DNA of 37,742 nt from a virus (lineage: Duplodnaviria > Caudoviricetes), in the IMG/VR virus record IMGVR_UViG_3300028585_000047, positions 1-37,742 of that record, one strand, 5' to 3'. Shown here in pieces: positions 25,097 to 33,091 of this stretch. Positions within the stretch are counted from its first letter, which is position 1. Each line of letters opens with the position of its first letter. A model generated the notes under the pieces. The model saw only the letters and a program-made list of their open reading frames with translations, searched no databases and was not told the origin of the DNA. The position numbers and the translations under genes are program-made.

Positions 25097-25968
25097 GGCA
25101 TCACCTGGGCGAACAGGCCAGTTCGATCGAGCGCGCGCGACGCGGCCGGATTCAGCCACAGACATTCGGTGCGCATTGCGGTACCGCGTGCTGCCGAGAT
25201 TCGCGCCTCGGTAGTGGCCATGGCCCAGCCCTGCAGCGCGCCCAGGTACATCGCGCTCGAGTAGCCGCTCAGGACAACCATGCCTTTCACGGTCAGCAGC
25301 TTCTCCAGCAGCTGGACGTGGTCGGCATCCTTCATCTCGCAGTCGTAATAGCGGCCATGGCGCGCGCCGACGTTGCGGGTGTCCATGACGTAGGGTGGGT
25401 CGACATAGAACAGCGTGTCCTCGGCGTCATGCTGCTCGATGATGGTCAGAGCAGGGCGGTTCTCGATCATCACACCGGAAAGGCGATCGCACACTCGAGC
25501 GAGCGATGCGGGGAAGCGTGCCCACAGCTGTTGTGCAGTGCCATGCTTGCGGCGCGTGTCGATGCGGAATCCAGTGGTGCCCTTGGTGGCGCCGGCGGAA
25601 CCGAAACCCATCTCGGCACGCACCAGGGTGCGGCGCGCACGCTCGATCGGGTCGTTGGTGTGTTCGTAGGCGGCGTCGAACTCGTCCCGGGCGTACGGGG
25701 TGAGAAGCAGCATGTCGATGAGGCGCGCGCAGGCATCCGGATCTCGAAGCACGCGGAAAACGTTCACGATATCGCCGTCGAGGTCGTTGTAGACCTCGGC
25801 GTAGGCGCGGTCCTTCTGCACCAGGACGCCGGCAGCGCCGCCGAATGGCTCGACGTAACAGCGGTGTGGTGGGAAATGGCGGATGACCCAAGGCGCTAGG
25901 CGGAACTTGCCGCCGTGGTAGCGCAGCACCGGGCGCGCCGGCGCTTCATGTGCGATGGTGGTCGTCAT
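25093..25968 (-). CDS. DNA adenine methyltransferase (D12/Dam-like, orphan)
   Basis: LRYHGGK; YVEPFGGAAGV (motif I); EVYNDLD; FYVDPPY (motif IV). Confidence 0.93.
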   Translation of the reverse strand: MTTTIAHEAPARPVLRYHGGKFRLAPWVIRHFPPHRCYVEPFGGAAGVLVQKDRAYAEVYNDLDGDIVNVFRVLRDPDACARLIDMLLLTPYARDEFDAAYEHTNDPIERARRTLVRAEMGFGSAGATKGTTGFRIDTRRKHGTAQQLWARFPASLARVCDRLSGVMIENRPALTIIEQHDAEDTLFYVDPPYVMDTRNVGARHGRYYDCEMKDADHVQLLEKLLTVKGMVVLSGYSSAMYLGALQGWAMATTEARISAARGTAMRTECLWLNPAASRALDRTGLFAQVMP

Positions 25969-26165
25969 GGCGGTAAAACCTTCCCTGCCTTGCGCAGCTT
26001 CTCGGCCGTCTCTGCCAGGTCGTTGATGCTCTTGTTGAGGCGGCCGTACTCGCGCGACTCGTCGCCAGTGCGGCGCGCGCGCTTGTAAACCCGGTTGCGT
26101 ATGACGACGTTGTCGGTCATCGCGAGCAGCTTCGAGGCGTCTGGCCCCCGTGCTGGTGTGTCCAT
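25965..26165 (-). CDS. Hypothetical protein (66 aa, MDTPARGPD...)
   Basis: SD AAGGA; ATGA coupling to the MTase gene. Confidence 0.6.
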   Translation of the reverse strand: MDTPARGPDASKLLAMTDNVVIRNRVYKRARRTGDESREYGRLNKSINDLAETAEKLRKAGKVLPP

Positions 26166-26242
26166 CGTTTCAATTCCTTTCGGGCGCTGGGGTCGAGCCA
26201 GGCCTTTGCTTCGTCGATTCCTGGTGGCGCAGTCGGAACCCA

Positions 26243-26494
26243 TTAAAGATTCCTCCGTGACCGGACGACGCCGCGTGCGCGGCATGCCGAGCGGCCTGGA
26301 CCCGGACAACCTCGGGATTCCATTGCATGGGACTGGCCCGTACCATGCGTGCGCACTGCGCTGTTGATGAGGCTGCGGTTGAGCGCGCTTTTCGACAGGC
26401 CGAGCAGCTTGCTCAGTTGCGTGAAGCCGTTCATCTCGGCCGGATTCAGCAACGTCTCCAGGCATTCGGTGCGGGTTTCGGGATTGAGGCTCAT
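26243..26494 (-). CDS. Putative ribbon-helix-helix DNA-binding protein at the cII position (83 aa)
   Basis: SD AAGGAG; TRTECLETLLNPAEM...LGLSKSALNRSLI resembles the CopG/RHH pattern. Confidence 0.6.
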   Translation of the reverse strand: MSLNPETRTECLETLLNPAEMNGFTQLSKLLGLSKSALNRSLINSAVRTHGTGQSHAMESRGCPGPGRSACRARGVVRSRRNL

Positions 26495-26558
26495 GGTTTT
26501 TTCTCCTTGGTGATGCGGGTTACGGTGGGGATGCTTGGTGGTGCTGGGGGTGGTCTTG

Positions 26559-26792
26559 CTACGCGCTGATTGCGGCCGCGCGCTGAGTCGCGTCCTTGTA
26601 CATATCCGCGCAGTCTTGAGGCGTGACTGCGCCGCTGGACTCACGCTCGATCTGCAGCGCGTAGTCGAGGGTGATGCGGGTGATGCCTCGAACCCACTGG
26701 CTGATGAGGCCTTGGGATGCGGGCGGGACGAGACGAGAGCCGAAGTCCGATTGGCTCAAGCTTGCCTCCTTCAGATATTTGTCGAGGTGCAT
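26559..26792 (-). CDS. cro: Cro-like HTH repressor (YdaS family)
   Basis: LSQSDFG...SQGLISQWVRG...ALQIERESSGAVT; divergent from cI. Confidence 0.85.
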   Translation of the reverse strand: MHLDKYLKEASLSQSDFGSRLVPPASQGLISQWVRGITRITLDYALQIERESSGAVTPQDCADMYKDATQRAAAISA

Positions 26793-26808
26793 AGCGGTTC
26801 CCATAAAT

Positions 26809-26860
26809 ATGAGCAATGCTCATTTAAAGCGGATTCTACAGTAATAGCAATGCTTTTCAA
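26809..26860. promoter_or_regulatory. oR operators and pR promoter
   Basis: ATGAGCAATGCTCAT (26809..26823, palindrome) and AATAGCAATGCTTTT (26843..26857); TTGAAA-16-TAGAAT on the - strand. Confidence 0.75.
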
Positions 26861-26901
26861 GTGTTGCAGCAGAAAAAAAGTACGGCTAATAAAATGTCCA
26901 G

Positions 26902-27660
26902 ATGAAAAGACGCGAGCTGACAACAGAAGAGAGGGCAGAGGCCGAGCGCCTGGCTGCGGCGTGGTCGAGGTACCGCGCAGAGCACAAAGGCGCTACCCAG
27001 GCATGGCTAGCGGCCGAATCGGGCTTGGGGACGCAAGGCGCAGTTAGTCAATACCTGCGCGGCGTGATCCCGCTGAACGTGGAGGCACTGGCCGCGATGT
27101 GCCGCGTGATGCAGATGGATCCAGCCACAATCAGTCCACGGCTTATGGAGAAGGTGGTGTCGCCCGAGCAGCTGGCCGCTGCGCAGGAGGTCTTCAAGAA
27201 CATGCGGGTTCGCCTGGAAGTGGTAGACGAGGATGACGATTACCACGTGCATATTCCGAAAGTGAAAATCAGACTGTCCGCAGGCATCAGCGGTTTCGAG
27301 CTCGAACCGGAGAGGTTTGACGGAAGCTTCTATACAGTGCCGGGCTCGTGGATCGAGCGTCATGGGTATGACCGAAGCAAGCTTATTGCAGTGCTTGTTC
27401 GCGGCGAAAGTATGGAGACCACTCTTTACGAGAATGACCTGGTGGTAATCAATACGGCGGATCGAAAGAAGGTGGATGGCGCAGTGTTCGCGTTTAACTA
27501 CGAGGGCGAGCCTGTCATTAAGCGCCTATCGCGGGATGCTGGGCATTGGTGGCTAACTTCCGACAATCGTGATCAGCGAAGATTTCATCGAAAAATATGT
27601 GAAGATAATAATTGCATGATCATCGGCAGGGTGGTTAAGAGGGAAAGTGATAGGCTTTGA
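26902..27660 (+). CDS. cI: CI-like repressor with S24 autopeptidase domain
   Basis: N-terminal HTH (TQGAVSQYLRG); LSAG cleavage site; catalytic GESM and VIKRL. Confidence 0.95.
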   Translation: MKRRELTTEERAEAERLAAAWSRYRAEHKGATQAWLAAESGLGTQGAVSQYLRGVIPLNVEALAAMCRVMQMDPATISPRLMEKVVSPEQLAAAQEVFKNMRVRLEVVDEDDDYHVHIPKVKIRLSAGISGFELEPERFDGSFYTVPGSWIERHGYDRSKLIAVLVRGESMETTLYENDLVVINTADRKKVDGAVFAFNYEGEPVIKRLSRDAGHWWLTSDNRDQRRFHRKICEDNNCMIIGRVVKRESDRL

Positions 27661-27938
27661 TGCATTACACGGTAGCACGACTGCGCGATGTGCGCATGGT
27701 GGCGGTATTGGTAGAAAAAGGATGCTTGGACGGCCCGCGCGCCGATAGCTTCATAGTCGAAATCCAGCAGCGGTTTGCACTGCCGGCCATGCTAATAGCG
27801 CGGGATGAGGAAGCGATTCCAGGCATGAGGGCGCGCGCACAGTTCGATGCTGTGCCGTACCTGTTTTCGCTGTTGTCTATCGAGGATGTGGAGTGGCAGG
27901 AGCTGGGCCCGGCGCCGGAGCCTGATTTGCCTTTTTAA
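27657..27938 (+). CDS. Hypothetical protein co-transcribed with cI
   Basis: Overlaps the cI stop; 93 aa. Confidence 0.6.
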   Translation: MMHYTVARLRDVRMVAVLVEKGCLDGPRADSFIVEIQQRFALPAMLIARDEEAIPGMRARAQFDAVPYLFSLLSIEDVEWQELGPAPEPDLPF

Positions 27939-27946
27939 GGATTGCG

Positions 27947-28174
27947 ATGAGCTACACCCATTTCTTTATATGTCTTGGCGTTTTGTTGGGATGCTGCGTT
28001 ATCCGACAGAGAACCACTTGGTTACTCGTATGCCTTGCGACTTGGGTGGCGCTTATTGCTGGAACATTCTATAGCATCTTCACTTTAAATATTCTCGGAT
28101 TTCTTGGGTGTCTCATTGGCATGATTGTGCCGCATGTGTTTTACGAGTTCGTCCTCAAGAAATCAGTCTTTTAA
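27947..28174 (+). CDS. Small multi-TM membrane protein in the immunity region
   Basis: 75 aa, almost entirely hydrophobic (about 3 TM); AT-rich; SD AAGGA. Confidence 0.65.
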   Translation: MSYTHFFICLGVLLGCCVIRQRTTWLLVCLATWVALIAGTFYSIFTLNILGFLGCLIGMIVPHVFYEFVLKKSVF

Positions 28175-28214
28175 AAGCGAAACGGCACGCTCAAATGCCG
28201 AATAAGAGGGATTA

Positions 28215-28565
28215 ATGAAGAACGTTTTACTTGTTGCTGCGTTGGCAGTGATGCTGGCCGCATGCTCATCGACCGGGCCAGTCCCGATCAGCAAAGACAC
28301 CTATATGATTTCCAAGCAGAGCGCAGGCGGAATGTTCGTCCAGCCGGCCTCGATTCGCGCGGACATTATCCGTGAGGGTGCCGCGTTCTGCACGAAGTCT
28401 GGCAAGGAGTTCCAGATGGATTCTTTCCGCGACACAGCCGCATTCCCTGGGCGCCTGCCTGCATCCGAGATCACGTTCCTATGCCTGGATGCGAACGATC
28501 CAGAGCTGCGCCGGCTGAAGCTGAGGAAGGATGCTGACACGGTGATCGAGACGCGTCAGCGCTAA
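28215..28565 (+). CDS. Lipoprotein in the immunity region
   Basis: MKNVLLVAALAVMLAA^C lipobox; SD GAGG; followed by a terminator. Confidence 0.8.
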   Translation: MKNVLLVAALAVMLAACSSTGPVPISKDTYMISKQSAGGMFVQPASIRADIIREGAAFCTKSGKEFQMDSFRDTAAFPGRLPASEITFLCLDANDPELRRLKLRKDADTVIETRQR

Positions 28566-28588
28566 TCGCTTCGCCATCGATAGACCTG

Positions 28589-28611
28589 GCCCGCTGCGTG
28601 CGGGCTTTTTT
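28589..28611 (+). terminator. Terminator of the cI (lysogenic) operon
   Basis: GCCCGC-TGCGT-GCGGGC followed by a T-run. Confidence 0.75.
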
Positions 28612-28650
28612 ACGTCCTGCGTACCGTCGAGTCCACACCTCGCGAAAAAT

Positions 28651-28714
28651 ATTAGCAACTCTCGAACAAAATATAAGCAATGCTCTTGACTTGGGAAATA
28701 GCATAGCTAATAAT
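28651..28714 (+). promoter_or_regulatory. oL operators and pL promoter
   Basis: ATAAGCAATGCTCTT (28673..28687), AATAGCATAGCTAAT (28697..28711), degenerate ATTAGCAACTCTCGA (28651..28665); TTGACT(28686)-17-AATAAT(28709). Confidence 0.8.
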
Positions 28715-28768
28715 CAATCCATCGCACTCAAGCTCAGCACCCCGCCGAGCCGCCGACTGGAGACCATC

Positions 28769-29293
28769 ATGGCCCTTGGACTTTCCGAAAGCAGCACCCA
28801 GCAAGAACGCATCGACGAACACTTTCTGGCGTGCGTGCAGCGCACGATCGGCCGCTCGCTGACCAGCACCGAAGAAGAGATCGCGATCGCTGCACGTGAC
28901 CAGGCCGGCTACAACGCGCTGGAAGCAGCCACCGAAATCCTTGCGCACGCCGCACCCATCGCCCTCAAGTCGCTGGACGACGCGCTGGTCGACCTGACCC
29001 GCCAGAAGTCCGCCGGCCTGCTGGCCGCCGTGGTCTCTGGCCAGCCCCAAACCACCAAGCTGCTCATCGAGCTGCTGGGCGACTACCTTACCGATGACAA
29101 CGCGATCGCCAACCTGGTGCGCGAAACGATGGCTGGCACCAACAGCCTGCAGGGCGTCATTACCGACCTGATCTGGACCGAGGCCGAGCAGCTGGCGCAG
29201 GCCGAGCTGGCGGCGATCGAGCGCGAGAACCGCGAGGTGTCGCTGGACAGCCGGATCTACCGCTACCTTGACAACATCGGCGCCATCGCGTGA
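28769..29293 (+). CDS. First pL gene, helical hypothetical protein (174 aa)
   Basis: SD GGAG before the ATG at 28769; strong phage codon usage. Confidence 0.7.
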   Translation: MALGLSESSTQQERIDEHFLACVQRTIGRSLTSTEEEIAIAARDQAGYNALEAATEILAHAAPIALKSLDDALVDLTRQKSAGLLAAVVSGQPQTTKLLIELLGDYLTDDNAIANLVRETMAGTNSLQGVITDLIWTEAEQLAQAELAAIERENREVSLDSRIYRYLDNIGAIA

Positions 29294-29464
29294 AGAACGT
29301 GCGGCGCGCCCGGTAAAGCGCGCCTTGCCATCGCCCGGGTCAGAAGCAGGGCGCCTGGCACGGAGTGGCCGCCAGCCTGAGGCGCACAGGCCGATGCCGG
29401 ACATCGACAAAGCCGGAAATCCAAACACGAAGCCGGCCGCGCCGGCGCCACAAGGAGAGCAGGG

Positions 29465-29698
29465 ATGAACGTTGCAACAATCCGCATCACCCGCGGTCCA
29501 TACCGCGTCGTGCGTCGCTTGGCACGCAAGCTGGTCAAGCCGCTGCGCTTGGCCATCATCAAGCACCAGCTGGCCCTCTCGGGTGGAAATATCCAGCATC
29601 TGGAGGATGCGCGCGTCGAAACGCTCGCGCTTCTGCAGGCCGAGCACATGCGCCAGGTCGACCTGCTCATGAAGCTCAACCAGGTCGCGGGTTGGTGA
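29465..29698 (+). CDS. Hypothetical protein (77 aa)
   Basis: SD upstream; coupled to the next ORF. Confidence 0.65.
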   Translation: MNVATIRITRGPYRVVRRLARKLVKPLRLAIIKHQLALSGGNIQHLEDARVETLALLQAEHMRQVDLLMKLNQVAGW

Positions 29699-29802
29699 TG
29701 GTCCGCCACTTCCGCAACCAGTACCGGCTATCGCTGCTAGTCGGCTTTAACCGCCGCGAGGCAGTCGCCCGTGCCCTGCGCACCTATTTCACCGGCTTTT
29801 AA
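29698..29802 (+). CDS. Small basic hypothetical protein (34 aa, MVRHFRNQYRL...)
   Basis: TGATG coupling with the upstream ORF; fills the gap before recT. Confidence 0.5.
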   Translation: MVRHFRNQYRLSLLVGFNRREAVARALRTYFTGF

Positions 29803-29820
29803 CCAGAAAGGAATCACACA

Positions 29821-30810
29821 ATGAATCAAGTCGCTGTCAGCCCGGCCAAGAGCCTGAGCACGTTCCTGGACAAGTACAAGGGCCAGATCGCCAACGCCCT
29901 GCCAAAGCACATCACCCCTGACCGCATGGTCCGTCTGACCATGACCGCGTTCAGCCAAAACAAGGCGCTGCAGAACTGCGACCTGCACAGCATCTTCGGC
30001 TCAGTCGTGGTCGCAGCGCAGCTGGGTCTGGAAATCGGCGTCGGTGGCCAAGGCTATCTGGTGCCCTACGGCGGCAAGGCCACCTTCGTCCCGGGCTGGC
30101 AGGGCCTGGTCGACCTGGTGTCGCGCGCCGGCCGTGCCACGGTGTGGACCGGCGCTGTGTACCGCGGCGACGACTTCGACTGGGCGCTGGGCGATCGGCC
30201 TTACGTGAAGCATCGCCCTGGTGCCGGCGGCGAAACCTGGCAGGACATCACCCATGTGTATGCCATTGGCCGCGTGAACGGGAGCGAGTACCCGGTGATC
30301 GAGGTCTGGACGATGGACCGCGTTGTGAAGCACCTGAACAAGTTCAACAAGGTCGGCGGTCGCCACTACGCCCTGGAGAAGAACGGCCAGAACATGGAAA
30401 TGTATGCCCGCAAGGTCGTGCTGCTCCAGGTGCTCAAGTACATGCCGAAGTCGATCGAGGTGCAGCGCGCCGTCGACGTGGCCACGGCCGTCGACGCCGG
30501 CAAGAACTTCACCATCGACGCCGACATGGTGACCGTCGATGAGCGCGACGACGACCAGGGCGATACCGGCGCCGCCAACACCACCAGCACGACCAATAGC
30601 TCGAGTGCGGCGAGCACTAGTCCAGGCCGCAAGGGTGACAAGCCAGTTTGCACCGACGAGGAATTCGAAGCCAAGAAGGATGAATGGCGCGACCTGGTCA
30701 CGTCCGGCAAGAAAATTCCGGCGCAGCTGATCGCCATGATCCAGACCCGCCAGACCCTCACCGAAGACCAGAAGTTGACGATCGACGCCTGGTGGCACGA
30801 GAACGACTGA
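29821..30810 (+). CDS. recT: RecT-family single-strand annealing protein
   Basis: QIANALPKHITPDRMVR...AAQLGLE...GYLVPY...GWQGLVDL...MYARKVVL..LKYMPKS. Confidence 0.92.
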   Translation: MNQVAVSPAKSLSTFLDKYKGQIANALPKHITPDRMVRLTMTAFSQNKALQNCDLHSIFGSVVVAAQLGLEIGVGGQGYLVPYGGKATFVPGWQGLVDLVSRAGRATVWTGAVYRGDDFDWALGDRPYVKHRPGAGGETWQDITHVYAIGRVNGSEYPVIEVWTMDRVVKHLNKFNKVGGRHYALEKNGQNMEMYARKVVLLQVLKYMPKSIEVQRAVDVATAVDAGKNFTIDADMVTVDERDDDQGDTGAANTTSTTNSSSAASTSPGRKGDKPVCTDEEFEAKKDEWRDLVTSGKKIPAQLIAMIQTRQTLTEDQKLTIDAWWHEND

Positions 30811-30838
30811 TTTACCCCATCACAACAAGGAGAACAAC

Positions 30839-32545
30839 ATGATGCAAGTACACGATCTCGAACAGGGCAGTAGCGATTGGGACCTGTTCCGCCTCGAGCG
30901 CTTCGGCGCCAGTGAAGCGGCCGCCATGCTCGGTATCTCGACGCGCGTGAAACGCACCGAGCTGCTGCACATGAAGTACACCGGCACGCCGAAGGAATTC
31001 TCGGATTGGGTGCAGGCCAACATCCTGGACTATGGTCACCTGGTCGAGGCCGAGGCTCGCCCCCTGGTCGAGGACATGATCGGTACCGAGCTGTACCCGG
31101 TGACCTGTTCCCTCGGCCGCATCTCGGCGTCCTGCGATGGCCTGACCATGGCTGGCGACGTCGCCTTCGAGCACAAGCAGTGGAACCAGGCGCTGGCCGA
31201 CGCGGTCGCCGCCGGCGAGCTGCCCGACGAGTACATGCCACAGTGCCAGCAGATCATGATGGTCACCGGCGCCGGCAAGGTGGTGTTCGTCTGCAGCGAT
31301 GGAACGCTCGACAACTTCGTGCACCTGGATGTGGTGCCGGATCCCGCCTGGCAGGAGCGTATCCGCGCCGGCTGGGCGCAGTTCGAGAAGGATCTGGCGA
31401 CGTACGAACCAAGCACCTACGCGCCGAAGCCGGAAGCCGACCCAATCATGGCGCTCCCAGCTCTGCGCATCGAGATCCACGGCAAAGTGGCCACCAGCAA
31501 CCTGCCGACGTTCAAGGCGAAGGCCGAGCGCTTCATCGCCAGCATCAAGACCGATCTGCTCACCGACGAAGATTTCGCCAACGCGGAAGCAACCGTCAAA
31601 TTCTGCGAGCAGGCCGAGGGCGACCTCGAGCAGGCCAAGCGCGCCGCGCTCGAGCAGACTGCCGACATCGCGGACCTGATGCGCACCATCGACCACATCG
31701 CCGAGCAACTGCGCGCCAAGCGCCTGACCCTGGCGCGCACGGTCAAGGACAAGAAAGAGCTGATCAAGGCCGGCATCCTGGCTAAAGCCAAGCAGGCCTT
31801 CGCCGATCACGTTGCCGCGCTCGACAAGGAGATCGCGCCGCTGCGCCTGGTGTTCCAGGCCCGCGACTTCGCTGGCGCCATGAAGAACAGGCGCACCCTG
31901 GCCACCCTGCAGGATGCCGTCGATACCGAGCTGGCCAACGGCAAGATCGCCGTCGACGCGATCGCCGCCGCGGTGCGCGGCCGCCTGGCCTGGTACTGCG
32001 AGCATGCGGCCGATCACGAGTTTCTGTTCGCCGACTTGCAGACGATCATCCAGAAGCCGGACGACGACTTCCGCATGGTGATCAACGCGCGCATCGACAA
32101 CCACAAACGCATCGAGGACGAGAAGGCCGAGCGCGCGCGCCAGGAGCAGGAAGCGGCCCGGGCCCGGGCAGAAGAGGCAGCGCGCCAGCAGGCGGAAGCA
32201 GCGGCGCGCGCCCATGAGGAACAGCGTGCTCGAGCGGCGGCCACGGCCAATACCACACAGGCACCGATCCAGGTAGCCGAGCAGCTGGCCGTGCCGGCAC
32301 AGGTGATGCCAATCGAGGCCGCGCGCCCGGCCGGCGCCAGCGCCACTGCGCCAACCCTGCGCCTGGGCCATATCGCCGAGCGCCTGGGCTTCGCGCTCAC
32401 CGCCGACTTCCTGGCCAGCCTGGGCTTCGCCGCCGCCGGCCGCGATCGCGCCGCGGTGCTCTACCACGAGGGCGACTTTCCCGCCATCTGCACCGCGCTG
32501 ATTGGCCACATCACCAACGTGCGCAGCGCCCGCGCTGCGGCATAA
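30839..32545 (+). CDS. YqaJ/lambda-exonuclease family protein with long C-terminal coiled-coil extension
   Basis: QGSSDW..R...FGASEAAAMLG, GHLVE, ASCDG, FEHK and YMPQCQQIM motifs. Confidence 0.9.
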   Translation: MMQVHDLEQGSSDWDLFRLERFGASEAAAMLGISTRVKRTELLHMKYTGTPKEFSDWVQANILDYGHLVEAEARPLVEDMIGTELYPVTCSLGRISASCDGLTMAGDVAFEHKQWNQALADAVAAGELPDEYMPQCQQIMMVTGAGKVVFVCSDGTLDNFVHLDVVPDPAWQERIRAGWAQFEKDLATYEPSTYAPKPEADPIMALPALRIEIHGKVATSNLPTFKAKAERFIASIKTDLLTDEDFANAEATVKFCEQAEGDLEQAKRAALEQTADIADLMRTIDHIAEQLRAKRLTLARTVKDKKELIKAGILAKAKQAFADHVAALDKEIAPLRLVFQARDFAGAMKNRRTLATLQDAVDTELANGKIAVDAIAAAVRGRLAWYCEHAADHEFLFADLQTIIQKPDDDFRMVINARIDNHKRIEDEKAERARQEQEAARARAEEAARQQAEAAARAHEEQRARAAATANTTQAPIQVAEQLAVPAQVMPIEAARPAGASATAPTLRLGHIAERLGFALTADFLASLGFAAAGRDRAAVLYHEGDFPAICTALIGHITNVRSARAAA

Positions 32546-32588
32546 CCAGCACCACCAGCACCACCACTCACAACCACAGGAGAAGCAC

Positions 32589-32843
32589 ATGAACACCGCC
32601 GAAATCAGCATCACCATGACCCCTGTCGAATCGTCGCAGATCGCCGCAATCGGTCACGACACCGCGAACAGCACCCTCGCCATCCAGTTCAAACGCGGCG
32701 AAGGCCTGGGCAATACGTACTACTACCAGAACTTCGGCGCCGAGAAGTTCGCCGAGCTGCAGGCGGCACCATCGGTGGGCTCGCACTTCTACAAGCACAT
32801 CAAGCCTTTCGCCACGCAGTTCCCATACGCGAAGATTGACTAA
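32589..32843 (+). CDS. KTSC domain protein
   Basis: VESSQIAAIGHD...LAIQF...YYY...APSVGSHFYKHIK. Confidence 0.88.
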   Translation: MNTAEISITMTPVESSQIAAIGHDTANSTLAIQFKRGEGLGNTYYYQNFGAEKFAELQAAPSVGSHFYKHIKPFATQFPYAKID

Positions 32844-32845
32844 GC

Positions 32846-33088
32846 ATGGCTGGCCAGACGCCATGTCGCTGGACCGCGCTGCGCTGCCGTGAGCGCGACT
32901 TCCAGCAGTTCCTCGGCGTCGATAGCGACGTGGCGGCCGCGGCCAAGGTGCGGGAGCTGTGCGAGATCGAATCGCGCGCCGACCTGGACCGGGATCCGGC
33001 TGCGGCCGCCCGCTGGAACGAGCGGATCCGCCAGCGTTACCTGCAGTATCAGCAGCACCCAAAAAATCAGACTACCCAGGAGAAATGA
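32846..33088 (+). CDS. Hypothetical protein (80 aa)
   Basis: In-operon spacing; VRELCEIESRADLD motif seen in phage early proteins. Confidence 0.65.
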   Translation: MAGQTPCRWTALRCRERDFQQFLGVDSDVAAAAKVRELCEIESRADLDRDPAAAARWNERIRQRYLQYQQHPKNQTTQEK

Positions 33089-33091
33089 CCC

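Noticed and set aside
25093-25968. Restriction-modification system
   Set aside because: No adjacent restriction endonuclease; neighbours are replication and regulatory genes.
29360-29465. CsrA/RsmA-sponge sRNA (several GGA motifs)
   Set aside because: Only one GGA lies in a clear hairpin loop, others belong to the SD region, and host CsrA is unknown; kept only as a generic structured-leader finding.
30812-32617. 601-aa antisense ORF, and similar long antisense ORFs (e.g. 14228..15445, 16556..17731, 8751..9923, 23099..24058)
   Set aside because: Shadow frames of well-supported genes in high-GC DNA; no motifs or RBS.
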